A stretch of 64,000 nucleotides of DNA from an uncultured Bacilli bacterium (GTDB taxonomy: Bacteria > Bacillota_I > Bacilli_A > RF39 > UBA660). The position numbers and the translations under genes are program-made. The stretch spans positions 4,799-68,798 of the forward strand of contig CAKPMX010000001.1 in NCBI GenBank assembly GCA_934168205.1, given 5' to 3'. The notes beneath the pieces are model-generated. The model searched no databases and had not been told where the DNA came from. It saw only the letters and a list, made by a program, of their open reading frames with translations. This document shows, one piece after another, positions 48,793 through 58,535 of this stretch; position 1 is the first letter of the stretch, and each line of letters starts with the position of its first letter.

Positions 48793-50769
48793 TTAATAAG
48801 TTGTTCCGCCCCATTCAACTGCTGTAAAACCAACTCTTCTAAACTTTGATAAACTTTGTTTAGGAATATTTACTTTCTTATCAACTTTCTTAATATGAAT
48901 AACTAAACGTAACATTGAGTCTGGTTTAGGACTTATTAATAATTTATTATAACTTTCTCTTTCCTCAGTTAATTCAAAATAAACTAAATTCTTACCATTC
49001 TTCTCCATAACTGGTAACCAGTACATAATAAATTCATTTCTTTCTTTATCATTAAGACCTATATAACTTAATTTCTTTTCTAAAAAATCAATTGCGTCAT
49101 CTTTATCTACATAGAATCCTTCACTAAAATCTACACTATGTACCTTCTTCTCATCCCAGTATAAAGCATAATAATATTTACCAGACTTATCATACAAATC
49201 ACCATTACTCTTAGCTTTAACTTCCCATTTACCATTAAACTTAGGATAAGTAGTCTCTAATATCTCTGGATTAGAAAATTTAACTGTAACGTCTGTTTCC
49301 TTTTCTGGATACAAGTAAAGTATAGGTTTCGCAATACCAGCACATTCTGTGTCGTTAACTTCACCTTTTTTAGTTGTTAAATCATAACTATATTCTACGC
49401 ATTGTTTTTCATCATTAGTTTGAGTTGCCTTTGTAAATTGTATTAATAGTTTTCCATCATACTCAAAGAAATAATAAACATCAGCTATATTATCAGCACC
49501 ATCAAAACTATATATTATTTTTCCATTAATATTTGTTAGTAATACTTTATTACCTTGTTTAGCTATAACATAATCACCAGCAGTAATACCATAAATAACA
49601 TCAAATTCATTATTTAAATAAGTTTTACCATTAAAGTCGTATATATAACCTGTATCACCAGTACTTGCAAATAAATAATTAGTACCAAGAGATAATTTTT
49701 GATATTGAACAGGAATAATAGATTTTCCATTTTTATAGTTTATAACACCTACATTATTATTTCTAGAAACTGCCACATATGAACCATTAATTACCGCTAT
49801 TGATGGACTTGGTCCAGAAACAGAAGCATTTAAATTAGTAGTAATATAATCATATATATTCGCAACAACTGCTTTAGAAGTATCTATATTATAAATTGCC
49901 CATTTATCATTAATTAGTAATGCTACATATGAAGTATCATATTTTTCATTATTAGTAAATACTCTTATATCTTTAGGATTAAGTTCAGAAAATATATCTT
50001 TACCAGTAACATAATTTTTCATGTGTGCCGCATATTCTGAATCAAAATAAAGAACATATTCTGTTTTACCAAATAAATCTACATCTTGATATTTTATTCC
50101 AGTATCAACAGTATAAACATCATAGTTTGAAATATCACTTGGCTTTTCTAATGTTGCAACTTTACTACTTTTATTAACATAAACAGCTATTGTTTTTGAC
50201 TCATCAATTTGTTTAGGTTCTTGTTTTTTTCCATATGAATATTTTGTTCTTTTACCTGCATAAGAACATTCGTTCAAATATACTTTTCCATCTTCATATA
50301 TTTCATGAATATTACAAACTATATCATCACTATTATGAATAAGTTTAACAGCCTCTTCATAAGTTAAAATCTTATTTTCTTTTGTATATGAAATAGAAAT
50401 AACTTTTTCCATAGCTTCTCCATAAGTTTTAATTTTCTTTTCTATTTCTTTCTCTGTTAACTTTTCTTCTTTATATACTTCATCTTTTATTTTTTCTTCT
50501 TTTTTAGACTCTTTCCATGATAAGAAAGCCCAAGTAGCTAAAATTAAAACTATTAAAACAGCTAAAACTATAATTATTATCTTCTTCTTTTTATTTGTTT
50601 TTTCTTTTTCTTCTAATTCTTTATTCTCTAGCTTTTCTTTTTCTACATTTTCTTCTTTAACAGAATATTCTTTACTTTCTTCAATATTTACAACATCTTC
50701 TATTTTTTCAACTTCTTTAGTAATTTCCTGTACTTCAAGTTCTTTTGTTTTTTCATCTTCACTCTTCAT
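48793..50769 (-). CDS. Membrane-anchored protein with a Lys/Glu-rich N-terminus and WG-like beta repeats
   Basis: A TM helix near aa 75 and repeats such as VGVINYKNGKSIIPVQYQK. Confidence 0.45.
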   Translation of the reverse strand: MKSEDEKTKELEVQEITKEVEKIEDVVNIEESKEYSVKEENVEKEKLENKELEEKEKTNKKKKIIIIVLAVLIVLILATWAFLSWKESKKEEKIKDEVYKEEKLTEKEIEKKIKTYGEAMEKVISISYTKENKILTYEEAVKLIHNSDDIVCNIHEIYEDGKVYLNECSYAGKRTKYSYGKKQEPKQIDESKTIAVYVNKSSKVATLEKPSDISNYDVYTVDTGIKYQDVDLFGKTEYVLYFDSEYAAHMKNYVTGKDIFSELNPKDIRVFTNNEKYDTSYVALLINDKWAIYNIDTSKAVVANIYDYITTNLNASVSGPSPSIAVINGSYVAVSRNNNVGVINYKNGKSIIPVQYQKLSLGTNYLFASTGDTGYIYDFNGKTYLNNEFDVIYGITAGDYVIAKQGNKVLLTNINGKIIYSFDGADNIADVYYFFEYDGKLLIQFTKATQTNDEKQCVEYSYDLTTKKGEVNDTECAGIAKPILYLYPEKETDVTVKFSNPEILETTYPKFNGKWEVKAKSNGDLYDKSGKYYYALYWDEKKVHSVDFSEGFYVDKDDAIDFLEKKLSYIGLNDKERNEFIMYWLPVMEKNGKNLVYFELTEERESYNKLLISPKPDSMLRLVIHIKKVDKKVNIPKQSLSKFRRVGFTAVEWGGTTY

Positions 50770-50890
50770 ATACTCACCTCTACTTTTAACATAAGTATAT
50801 CAAAAATTATAAATAAATAAAAAAGAAAATGTAGAATTAATTACATTTTACATAGGATATAGACAGAATACTAAAATAGATTTAACAAAC

Positions 50891-51175
50891 TTAATGTAAT
50901 CTAACTGCCGTTCCATAAGCAAAAATTTCAACAACCTGTTTTGAACCACCAAATCCTTGAGTTACAGCAATTCTATATTCAAACTGACAATTAATCACAG
51001 CATGACCGCCCAATTCTTTTGCTTTAAGTCTTAAACCTTCCTTTACCTTTTCAAACGCTTTATTAGGGTCGGCTCCTTTAAAGAAACCCTCTTGGCAAGA
51101 ATCAATTGAAAAGACTGCATCAATTATTTCATAATCTTCCTTTATATCACCAGTAGTAATAAGAATATTACCCAT
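50891..51175 (-). CDS. YbjQ/UPF0145 (DUF74) family protein
   Basis: The start is moved to MGNILITTG because a GGAGG RBS lies 8 nt upstream. The protein matches the UPF0145 family over its full length. Confidence 0.7.
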   Translation of the reverse strand: MGNILITTGDIKEDYEIIDAVFSIDSCQEGFFKGADPNKAFEKVKEGLRLKAKELGGHAVINCQFEYRIAVTQGFGGSKQVVEIFAYGTAVRLH

Positions 51176-51264
51176 TTTTTTACCTCCTTCATATTTGCAT
51201 TGTATCATTTTTTGTAATTAAATGATATAATATTTTTGAAAATATCAAAATAGGAAGTGAATAC

Positions 51265-52500
51265 ATGGTAAAACTAATAAGTGCCAAGTGTCCAAACTGT
51301 GGGGCTATATTAAAACTATCAAAAGAAGAAGATAAAGTAAAATGTGAATACTGTAAAAGCACAATTATAGTTGATGATGCAATTGCATGTTTCAAATTAA
51401 AGGTTAGCGGTAATATTAGCATAGATGGCATCACCACAAATGCAGAATTAATAGAATCAGCAAATGAGTTATTAAATATGAATGAATACCTTAAGGCAAA
51501 AAGAAAATTTTCAGAATTTAGTGAAAAATGTCCAGATAACTATCAAGGATGGCTTGGGCTATTAATATGTCGTACAAGAAACTTTTCAATTAAAGACAAT
51601 AATATAATGTTTGAAAATGATGTAAATAAGTATTATGAACATTTTTCAAAAACGGCTCCTGAAGATATAAAAAATGAATATTTTGAAATAATTGATAGAT
51701 ATTTCGACCCGGAAAAATACCTAAAAATTGAAGAGCAAGAGAAAGAAGAAAAGCGAAAACAAGAAATTGAAGAACAAAAAAGAAAAAGATTAGAGGAAAA
51801 AGAAAAAAAGAAATCAGAAAGACTTAAAAATCATACATATAAAAAAATATATGACTTTGAAAATAAATTCAAAATAATTTCGCATAAATTTGGAAATGGA
51901 TTTTTATATTTTATTGGTATTACACTAATAATATCATATATTATATCGTTTAAAGAAGATGTAACATCAAGTATTTTTGGAATACTATTTGCATTAAGCT
52001 TATTTAAAGTATTTTATACAAATATAGAAAATAAATTTAATCAAATTGATAAAAAATATATAAAGATTGCCAGATTTGTCATTCCACTTTTATTATTAAC
52101 AATATGGATGGCATGCACACCGATAGAAAATACCGAAAATACCAAAAATACCGAGAAAGCTGAAAACAATGAAACAGTTGGAAAAACAACATATTATATA
52201 GAATATAATAAATTAGGAAGCATTGGAAAATATATGGAATTTGAAAAAAAGAATGTAATATTTTATTATTTGCCAGAAGACAAATATAAAATTGAAGCAA
52301 CTAATTTAAACGAAAATGTATGCTTTTTATGGATTGATTATAATGACGGATATCAAAACGGAGATTATGGAACAGCTTACAATACGAAAGAAACACTAAA
52401 ATTTACAAATTCATCAAAAATCAACACAATATATATAGATAGTTCTGTTCATATTTATAGTCCAAACAATTGCGACTACAAAATAACATTAATTAGTTAA
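51265..52500 (+). CDS. Zinc-ribbon, TPR-like, coiled-coil, TM protein with a C-terminal exported domain
   Basis: CPNCG...CEYC zinc ribbon at the N-terminus, a Lys/Glu coiled coil, a TM helix near aa 210 and a second TM near aa 275. Confidence 0.45.
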   Translation: MVKLISAKCPNCGAILKLSKEEDKVKCEYCKSTIIVDDAIACFKLKVSGNISIDGITTNAELIESANELLNMNEYLKAKRKFSEFSEKCPDNYQGWLGLLICRTRNFSIKDNNIMFENDVNKYYEHFSKTAPEDIKNEYFEIIDRYFDPEKYLKIEEQEKEEKRKQEIEEQKRKRLEEKEKKKSERLKNHTYKKIYDFENKFKIISHKFGNGFLYFIGITLIISYIISFKEDVTSSIFGILFALSLFKVFYTNIENKFNQIDKKYIKIARFVIPLLLLTIWMACTPIENTENTKNTEKAENNETVGKTTYYIEYNKLGSIGKYMEFEKKNVIFYYLPEDKYKIEATNLNENVCFLWIDYNDGYQNGDYGTAYNTKETLKFTNSSKINTIYIDSSVHIYSPNNCDYKITLIS

Positions 52501-52576
52501 CAAAACAAGGAAAAAAACTCTTGTTTCTTAAATTTTTCAACAAAAAATATGCTATCAAAAATAAGTAGCATATTTT

Positions 52577-52816
52577 TTAATTTGAATCATCAAATAATTG
52601 CCTAATATCTATTTCTAAAGCATCAGCAAATTTTCCTATTGTTTCTAGTAACGGAGTTTTATCTATTGATAAACACTCTAAGTCTCTCACATAGCCATGA
52701 GTAAGACCAGTTAAATCAGCAAGTTCTTGAAGTGTGTACTTTCTCATCAAGCGATATTTCTTTATATTTTTTCTAACAATTAGTGATAATTGTTCTTTAG
52801 AATATCTACTAGTCAA
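52577..52816 (-). CDS. XRE-family helix-turn-helix transcriptional regulator
   Basis: YTLQELADLTGLTHGYVRDLE HTH motif. A 9-bp-stem terminator lies downstream. Confidence 0.75.
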   Translation of the reverse strand: MTSRYSKEQLSLIVRKNIKKYRLMRKYTLQELADLTGLTHGYVRDLECLSIDKTPLLETIGKFADALEIDIRQLFDDSN

Positions 52817-52904
52817 AGTACCTCACTTCCTTTCTCATAAAATTATTTCATAAAAACTTCAAAAAATATGTCGTCTGTGTAAAGTTTATATGATATAATC
52901 AAAA

Positions 52905-53543
52905 TTGAAAGGAGATAAGATTTATATGAAGACTAAAAAATGTAAACATTGCCAAGAAGAAATTGCCAAAAGTGCAAAGAGATGTCCTAAATGTGGTGGA
53001 AAATTAGGAATGCCAGGCTGGGCTAAAGCTTTAATCATAGTTGTAATTATATTTGGATGTATCATTGGATGTGTTAATAGTTGTTCAACTGCAGTAAATG
53101 ACGCTGTTGAAGATACTAAAAATTCTTATAAAGATATAAATGGAAAAACTTCATTTAAAGTAAATGAAACTTTCCAAAACAAATATGAAAAAATTACTAT
53201 GACTGAAGTAAATACTAATGTAACTGATTACAGCGAATATTTAGGGCCAAAAGATGGCAATAAAATCATTGCATTAAAATTCGAAGTTGAAAACATTAAT
53301 GAAGATAAAGATGAATTATATGTTAGCAGCATGAGTTTTAATGCCTATGCTGATGGTGAAGCAGTTGATTCATATATGTATGGAAGTGATAAATACAAAG
53401 ACCTATCCGCAACTATCGGAAAAGGAAAAAAAGCTGTAGGTTATGTACTATATGAAGTTCCCATAAATGCACAAAAGATTACTGTTGAGTATAATGCTGA
53501 TTTCTGGACTGATGGTAACGCTATTGAATTTGTAGTTCAATAG
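52905..53543 (+). CDS. Zinc-ribbon, TM, DUF4352-like exported domain protein
   Basis: CKHC...CPKCGG zinc ribbon, a TM helix, and a C-terminal beta-rich domain typical of DUF4352 lipoprotein-like domains. Confidence 0.55.
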   Translation: MKGDKIYMKTKKCKHCQEEIAKSAKRCPKCGGKLGMPGWAKALIIVVIIFGCIIGCVNSCSTAVNDAVEDTKNSYKDINGKTSFKVNETFQNKYEKITMTEVNTNVTDYSEYLGPKDGNKIIALKFEVENINEDKDELYVSSMSFNAYADGEAVDSYMYGSDKYKDLSATIGKGKKAVGYVLYEVPINAQKITVEYNADFWTDGNAIEFVVQ

Positions 53544-53550
53544 AAGTTTA

Positions 53551-53580
53551 AAAACTGGCTATTTTCTAGCCAGTTTTATA
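53551..53580 (+). terminator. Rho-independent terminator (aaaactggct-attttc-tagccagtttt)
   Basis: Hairpin read directly. Confidence 0.65.
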
Positions 53581-53744
53581 GTGTAATTTATTATATAAAA
53601 GCAAAAGGAAGAGATAAACTCTTCCTTTTGAAATACATCTAACCAAGTGTATAAATACACCTGCAACAATCTAAAGTACTTTAATTATATCATAATTTTA
53701 TGAAATAGCGTACTTTTTAATAAAAAATCCCTTATAAACAAAAA

Positions 53745-53775
53745 AAAATCGAACTAAACTAGTTCGACTAAATAT
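53745..53775 (-). terminator. Rho-independent terminator downstream of tRNA-His (tcgaactag/ttagttcga stem followed by a T run on the minus strand)
   Basis: Hairpin read directly. Confidence 0.6.
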
Positions 53776-53780
53776 CAATA

Positions 53781-53857
53781 TGGGGCGTCGTAAGGGAATC
53801 GAACCCTTGCATACTAGTGCCACAAACTAGCGTGTTAACCACTTCACCAACGGCGCC
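53781..53857 (-). tRNA. tRNA-His (GUG) with the 5' G-1 and an encoded CCA
   Basis: Manual fold: anticodon arm CUAGU-UUGUGGC-ACUAG, T-arm AAGGG-UUCGAUU-CCCUU, the extra 5' G pairing with discriminator C, and a 3' CCA. One C·A mismatch falls at acceptor position 4:69. Confidence 0.85.
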
Positions 53858-53936
53858 ATGTCACATTTGACTTCTTTATTTTATTATAGAAAGTAAAAAA
53901 AAGCAAGAGTTTTTTGATAATTAGGTATTTAACTAT

Positions 53937-53964
53937 ACACAGATACCTATCTTTTCATAGATTA
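53937..53964 (+). promoter_or_regulatory. Possible sporulation sigma (SigK-like AC-N17-CATAnnnTA) promoter upstream of cotJB
   Basis: AC-N17-CATAGATTA read directly. This is a weak motif-only call. Confidence 0.25.
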
Positions 53965-53981
53965 AAAAGAAGGGAGATATT

Positions 53982-54410
53982 ATGTATAATTATAATTATG
54001 ATACTTGGTATCAAAATATGATGAGAAACTCTAATAGTAACAATAATATGACCGCTAGTTCTTTATTTACACCCGAAGTTGCCTATAATAATGGAAATTT
54101 ATTTTCTAATCTATATAGCCAATATAAAAGTTATAGGCCAACACAACTATCAGCTAATACTGAAAAAGAAAAATTACTATTAGATATTGGGAGATTAGCT
54201 TTTGCGGCTCATGATTTAAATTTATACTTAGATTTAAATCCTAATGATGAAACTATGCTTACTCTATTTAATGATTATAGAAAACAAGCAGATAGTATGA
54301 TTAGTGAATATGAATCAAAATTTGGACCATTGAACATTAGCAGTAACAGTTTAGAAACAGGTCCATTTAAATGGATTAATAGTCCATGGCCTTGGGAGGT
54401 GATGAAGTAA
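53982..54410 (+). CDS. cotJB: Spore coat protein CotJB
   Basis: LLLDIGRLAFAAHDLNLYLDLNPND...FNDYRK signature. A strong RBS precedes it, and its stop overlaps the cotJC start (TAATG). Confidence 0.75.
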   Translation: MYNYNYDTWYQNMMRNSNSNNNMTASSLFTPEVAYNNGNLFSNLYSQYKSYRPTQLSANTEKEKLLLDIGRLAFAAHDLNLYLDLNPNDETMLTLFNDYRKQADSMISEYESKFGPLNISSNSLETGPFKWINSPWPWEVMK

Positions 54411-55078
54411 TGTTTAGTTACAATAAAAGATTACAATATCCAGTTGACATCAAGAAAAAAGATTTAAAAATGGCTAAATATCTAGTAACACAATATGGCG
54501 GTTCAAATGGCGAGCTAGCAGCGTCACTTCGTTACTTGAATCAAAGATTTACCATGCCTGATGATAAAGGAAAAGCTCTTCTTACTGATATAGGTACAGA
54601 AGAACTTGCTCATGTTGAAATGATTTCAACAATGATTTATCAATTAATGAAAGATGCTACTTTAGCTGAAATAAAAGAAGCGGGACTTGATACTCATTAC
54701 GCCGAACATGCCAAAGCCTTATATCCAACTGATGCCTCTGGTAATCCTTTTACAGTAGCCTACTTTGCCTCAACTGGTGATCCATTAGCGGATTTATCAG
54801 AAGACATGGCTGCCGAACAAAAAGCACGTGCCGTATATGAAAACTTAATAGATTTAACTAATGACCCAGATGTTATAGGACCATTACTATGGCTAAGACA
54901 AAGAGAAATAGTTCACTACACTAGATTTAAAGAACTATTTGAATACTATGAAAAACAACTAAATAACAACATAAATAATCTTAATACTAACAATAATATG
55001 AATAATCAAATTATAAATGGAATGCCTAATAATCAATTAAATAGTCAATACATAAACCAATATGGACAGATAATGTAA
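54410..55078 (+). CDS. cotJC: Spore coat protein CotJC (manganese-catalase family)
   Basis: The start is set at MFSYNKRLQYP because a GGGAGG RBS precedes it. Di-metal catalase motifs (EELAHVEMI) and an N-rich C-terminal tail. Confidence 0.85.
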   Translation: MFSYNKRLQYPVDIKKKDLKMAKYLVTQYGGSNGELAASLRYLNQRFTMPDDKGKALLTDIGTEELAHVEMISTMIYQLMKDATLAEIKEAGLDTHYAEHAKALYPTDASGNPFTVAYFASTGDPLADLSEDMAAEQKARAVYENLIDLTNDPDVIGPLLWLRQREIVHYTRFKELFEYYEKQLNNNINNLNTNNNMNNQIINGMPNNQLNSQYINQYGQIM

Positions 55079-55138
55079 AATGTAGAAAACTCTACATTTT
55101 ATTTTTGTTTTTATTTACTATTTTTTGGTATACTAAAA

Positions 55139-55167
55139 TTGACAAGTAAGATTTAATAAACTATACT
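55139..55167 (+). promoter_or_regulatory. SigA promoter TTGACA-N17-TATACT upstream of the FemAB-family gene
   Basis: Read directly, with an upstream A/T-rich tract. Confidence 0.5.
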
Positions 55168-55183
55168 TTTAGTAGTCAAGGAT

Positions 55184-56497
55184 GTGATAAGTTTGAAACT
55201 AGTAAAACTAGAAAAAGATAAATACGATTCATTCGTTAGAAACAACAAATATAAAAGTCATTTTTTACAGTCTGCTTCTTGGGCAGAACTTTGTAAAGAA
55301 AAAAGAGGCCTAACACCATACTGTTTAGGTTTAGTTGAAGATAACAAAATTCTAGCAGCTACTCTTTTACTGAAAAAAAATCTCCCTCTAGGACTATGTT
55401 ACTTATATTCTCCAAGAGGATATGTAATTGATTTTAATGACTTTAAACTACTAGATAAATTTACCGAAGAATTAGTAAATTTTGCTAAAAAACAAAACGC
55501 CATTTACTTAAAGTTAGATCCAGATATAATTTGGAAAAGAGAAAATTATCTTGGTGAAATAACTTTAGAAGAAGCTAAAGATCAAAAAATATTTAAAGAA
55601 TTAAAACGTCTAGGTTATAAACATTTAGGTTTCACTAAAAACTTTGAAACTATGCAACCAAGATATACATTTAGAATTGACCTAAATCAAGATTTAGAAA
55701 CAATAGAAAGTCATTTTTCTAAAACTACTAAACAAAGAATTCAAAAGTCTTTAAAATTACAAACTGAAGTAGAAATAGGAACAGAAAAAGACTTACCTAC
55801 TTTCTATCATTTAATGATGTTAACTGAATCAAGAAAAGATTTTGTTTCATATAAAATAGATTACTATAAAACATTATATAAACTATTTAATGAAAATGAT
55901 AAAGCTACTCTATTCTTAGGAAAAGTAAACTTAGAAAAAACATTAAAAGTATTAAATGATGAATTAAAAGAAGTTACTGAAAAAATAAATGAACTTCCAA
56001 AAGAAAATCTCTCAAAAAGTAATAAAAATAAATTGAAAGAACTAGAAAGACAAAGAGATAAAACTACTGAAGAAATTGAAAAGTATGAAAAATACAAACA
56101 AGAATATGGCAATGTTGTTACTTTATCAGCGCATATGATTTTAGAATATGGTGACAAAGCCTGGGTGTTATATGCAGGAAACCATAACATCTTAACAGAA
56201 ACATATGTAAATTATAATACTTACTATGAACATTTAAAATTCTGTAAAGAACGCGGTCTAAAAATATATGATCAATTTGGTACCATTGGTGATTTATCAA
56301 AAGACAATCCTCGTCTAGGGCTTCACGAATTCAAAAAAAAGTTTGGCGGTGACTACATAGAATTTATGGGTGAATTCGACTATGTCATTAAGCCAGTATA
56401 CTATTTCCTATTTACAAAATTAGTACCAATATATAGAAATATAGTAAAGAAGAAAAATAAAAAAGAACTAAAAAATACTGTAAATAAAGAAAGGTAA
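55184..56497 (+). CDS. FemAB-family peptidoglycan interpeptide-bridge aminoacyltransferase
   Basis: 437 aa with two GNAT-like halves and an inserted coiled coil, as in FemA/FemX. It probably uses a GTG or TTG start. Confidence 0.75.
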   Translation: MISLKLVKLEKDKYDSFVRNNKYKSHFLQSASWAELCKEKRGLTPYCLGLVEDNKILAATLLLKKNLPLGLCYLYSPRGYVIDFNDFKLLDKFTEELVNFAKKQNAIYLKLDPDIIWKRENYLGEITLEEAKDQKIFKELKRLGYKHLGFTKNFETMQPRYTFRIDLNQDLETIESHFSKTTKQRIQKSLKLQTEVEIGTEKDLPTFYHLMMLTESRKDFVSYKIDYYKTLYKLFNENDKATLFLGKVNLEKTLKVLNDELKEVTEKINELPKENLSKSNKNKLKELERQRDKTTEEIEKYEKYKQEYGNVVTLSAHMILEYGDKAWVLYAGNHNILTETYVNYNTYYEHLKFCKERGLKIYDQFGTIGDLSKDNPRLGLHEFKKKFGGDYIEFMGEFDYVIKPVYYFLFTKLVPIYRNIVKKKNKKELKNTVNKER

Positions 56498-56506
56498 GAA
56501 AAACTC

Positions 56507-58165
56507 TTACCTTTTTATTTTACTCATAATTTTATCCATAAATTCTTTACCAAAGACTTCATCAAATAAATTTAACTTTTTAGAAATTAAGAAATAAGTA
56601 CCAGCACCAAGCAATGTATATACAATAATAATTGGTATATTAAGAAGTCTTCTTGTAACATTCATTGGAATAATAAATTTAAATAATAAAATTACAACTA
56701 TCATAGCTAAATTAGCTAATGCAATTTTCCATAATATCTTTAAAGTATCAGAATACTTAACATCACACTTCTTCTTCAAGAAGAATAAACATAAGATAAT
56801 ACCAACACCATAACCTATAATTGTCGCTGTAATAGAGCCATAAACAGGAACAAATCCTAACTTAGCAAATAAATTAATTAAGAAAATATTTAATCCTAGT
56901 TTTAAGCAAACACCAACTACTAAAGATATTAATACTTCTTTATAATATTTTAATACCTGAACAATAGATACTAAAGCTGTATAACTAGAAATAATCAAAG
57001 CAACAAATACAAAGTATTTTAAAATATCAGCACCATATGCAGATTTACTTCCATAAAATACATTCCATACTGGAATTGATAATAATGATAATCCAATAGT
57101 CATTGGAACTGAAATAAATAAAAGCACTTTTAATGTCTGGTTAATCTTTAAATTTACATCTTTTTTATCACCTTTTACAGAAGCCGATGTTAAATTAGGA
57201 ATTAAACTAATAATCATACCTGTTGATATAGAAACAATTATCATATTAATCTTATTACCCCAAGTAGAAATAACACTCATAACATTTTCTGCTTGAACTG
57301 TTGTATATCCAATATCATTAACCATTGTTTTTACTAAAGTAATCATGTCAATAAAGTCATAACATGATTTAAATACATCAATCATGATAAAAGGTAATGC
57401 ATACCAAAATATTTTCTTTAATATTTCTTTTCCTGTAATTTTAGGAATATCTTTACTATCAACATTTTTAGTAATCGCAAAAGCTTCTTTATTCTTCTTC
57501 ATTTTATCAAGCAAATATAAGTATGCAACAAATGCACCAGCTGTTGCACCAAAGACCGCAACACCTATACCTGTTTGTAATGATAAGTTAAATACTTTAA
57601 TTGTAAGAAAACTTCCAAGCACAATAATAAACACTCTTACTATTTGTTCAACAATTTGACTTAATGAGGGTAAAGTTATAAATTTATGTCCCTCAAAATA
57701 TCCTCTATATATACTAAGTGTTGGAACTATCAATATTGCTGTTGCTATAACTCTAACAACCATTGTAACATCTTCTAAAGTATTACCACCTTGTAAATCT
57801 CCTAAAATTGCCTTAGATATAATCGGTGCAAAGACAAATAAAATAATAAATATTGTAAAGCCCATAATAATAGCTAACCGTCTTCCTATCATAAAAGCCT
57901 TTTCTTTTGCGTCCTCATAACCTAAAGTATGATATTCACTAATTATCTTACTAATAGCGTTAGGAATACCCGCACAAGATAATGATTGAAATAGATTATA
58001 TATTGTATATGCATATCCATATAAAGCTCCACCAGTACCACCAATAATTGCATAAAATGGAATAACATAAACCATACCAAGTATTTTACTTATAACAATA
58101 CCAAAAGTTGCGATAAAAGCACCATTTAAAAACGAGTTTTGTTTAAGTTTTTTCTTTTTTGACAT
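56507..58165 (-). CDS. MOP-superfamily polysaccharide/lipid-II flippase (SpoVB/MurJ-like)
   Basis: 552 aa with about 14 TM helices, matching the MATE-like fold signature of polysaccharide biosynthesis flippases. Confidence 0.7.
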   Translation of the reverse strand: MSKKKKLKQNSFLNGAFIATFGIVISKILGMVYVIPFYAIIGGTGGALYGYAYTIYNLFQSLSCAGIPNAISKIISEYHTLGYEDAKEKAFMIGRRLAIIMGFTIFIILFVFAPIISKAILGDLQGGNTLEDVTMVVRVIATAILIVPTLSIYRGYFEGHKFITLPSLSQIVEQIVRVFIIVLGSFLTIKVFNLSLQTGIGVAVFGATAGAFVAYLYLLDKMKKNKEAFAITKNVDSKDIPKITGKEILKKIFWYALPFIMIDVFKSCYDFIDMITLVKTMVNDIGYTTVQAENVMSVISTWGNKINMIIVSISTGMIISLIPNLTSASVKGDKKDVNLKINQTLKVLLFISVPMTIGLSLLSIPVWNVFYGSKSAYGADILKYFVFVALIISSYTALVSIVQVLKYYKEVLISLVVGVCLKLGLNIFLINLFAKLGFVPVYGSITATIIGYGVGIILCLFFLKKKCDVKYSDTLKILWKIALANLAMIVVILLFKFIIPMNVTRRLLNIPIIIVYTLLGAGTYFLISKKLNLFDEVFGKEFMDKIMSKIKR

Positions 58166-58350
58166 AAAAATCCTCTCTCTTTACTTATTAATAATAGCAC
58201 ATTATCAAACACTTTAAAAGAAACTATCCGAGAAAATACCTTATACTTGACAATAAATAAGAATAAAAATTAAAAAGAATAAATAATTTAGGTATCCATT
58301 ATGTCAATTACTAATCATATTAAATATAATATATTGAAAGGAGAATATTT

Positions 58351-58512
58351 ATGATGTACGGATATCCAATGTATAATTATAATGAAACTAATGGAACTTC
58401 TTCTTGGTTTTGGATTATAATTATTGTATTAATTATCTTCTTTATACTATTCTGGAGTAATGGCAATAATAATTGTTATTCTTCTGGTCACAACAATTCA
58501 AAATGCTGCTAA
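58351..58512 (+). CDS. Possible 53-aa hydrophobic peptide (YjcZ-like small sporulation-type protein)
   Basis: An AAAGGAGAA RBS lies 5 nt upstream. A single TM core (WFWIIIIVLIIFFILFW) is followed by a Cys-rich tail. The ORF ends at a bidirectional terminator that overlaps the folD stop. Confidence 0.3.
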   Translation: MMYGYPMYNYNETNGTSSWFWIIIIVLIIFFILFWSNGNNNCYSSGHNNSKCC

Positions 58513-58535
58513 AAAAAGAGTGTCAACAAACACTC

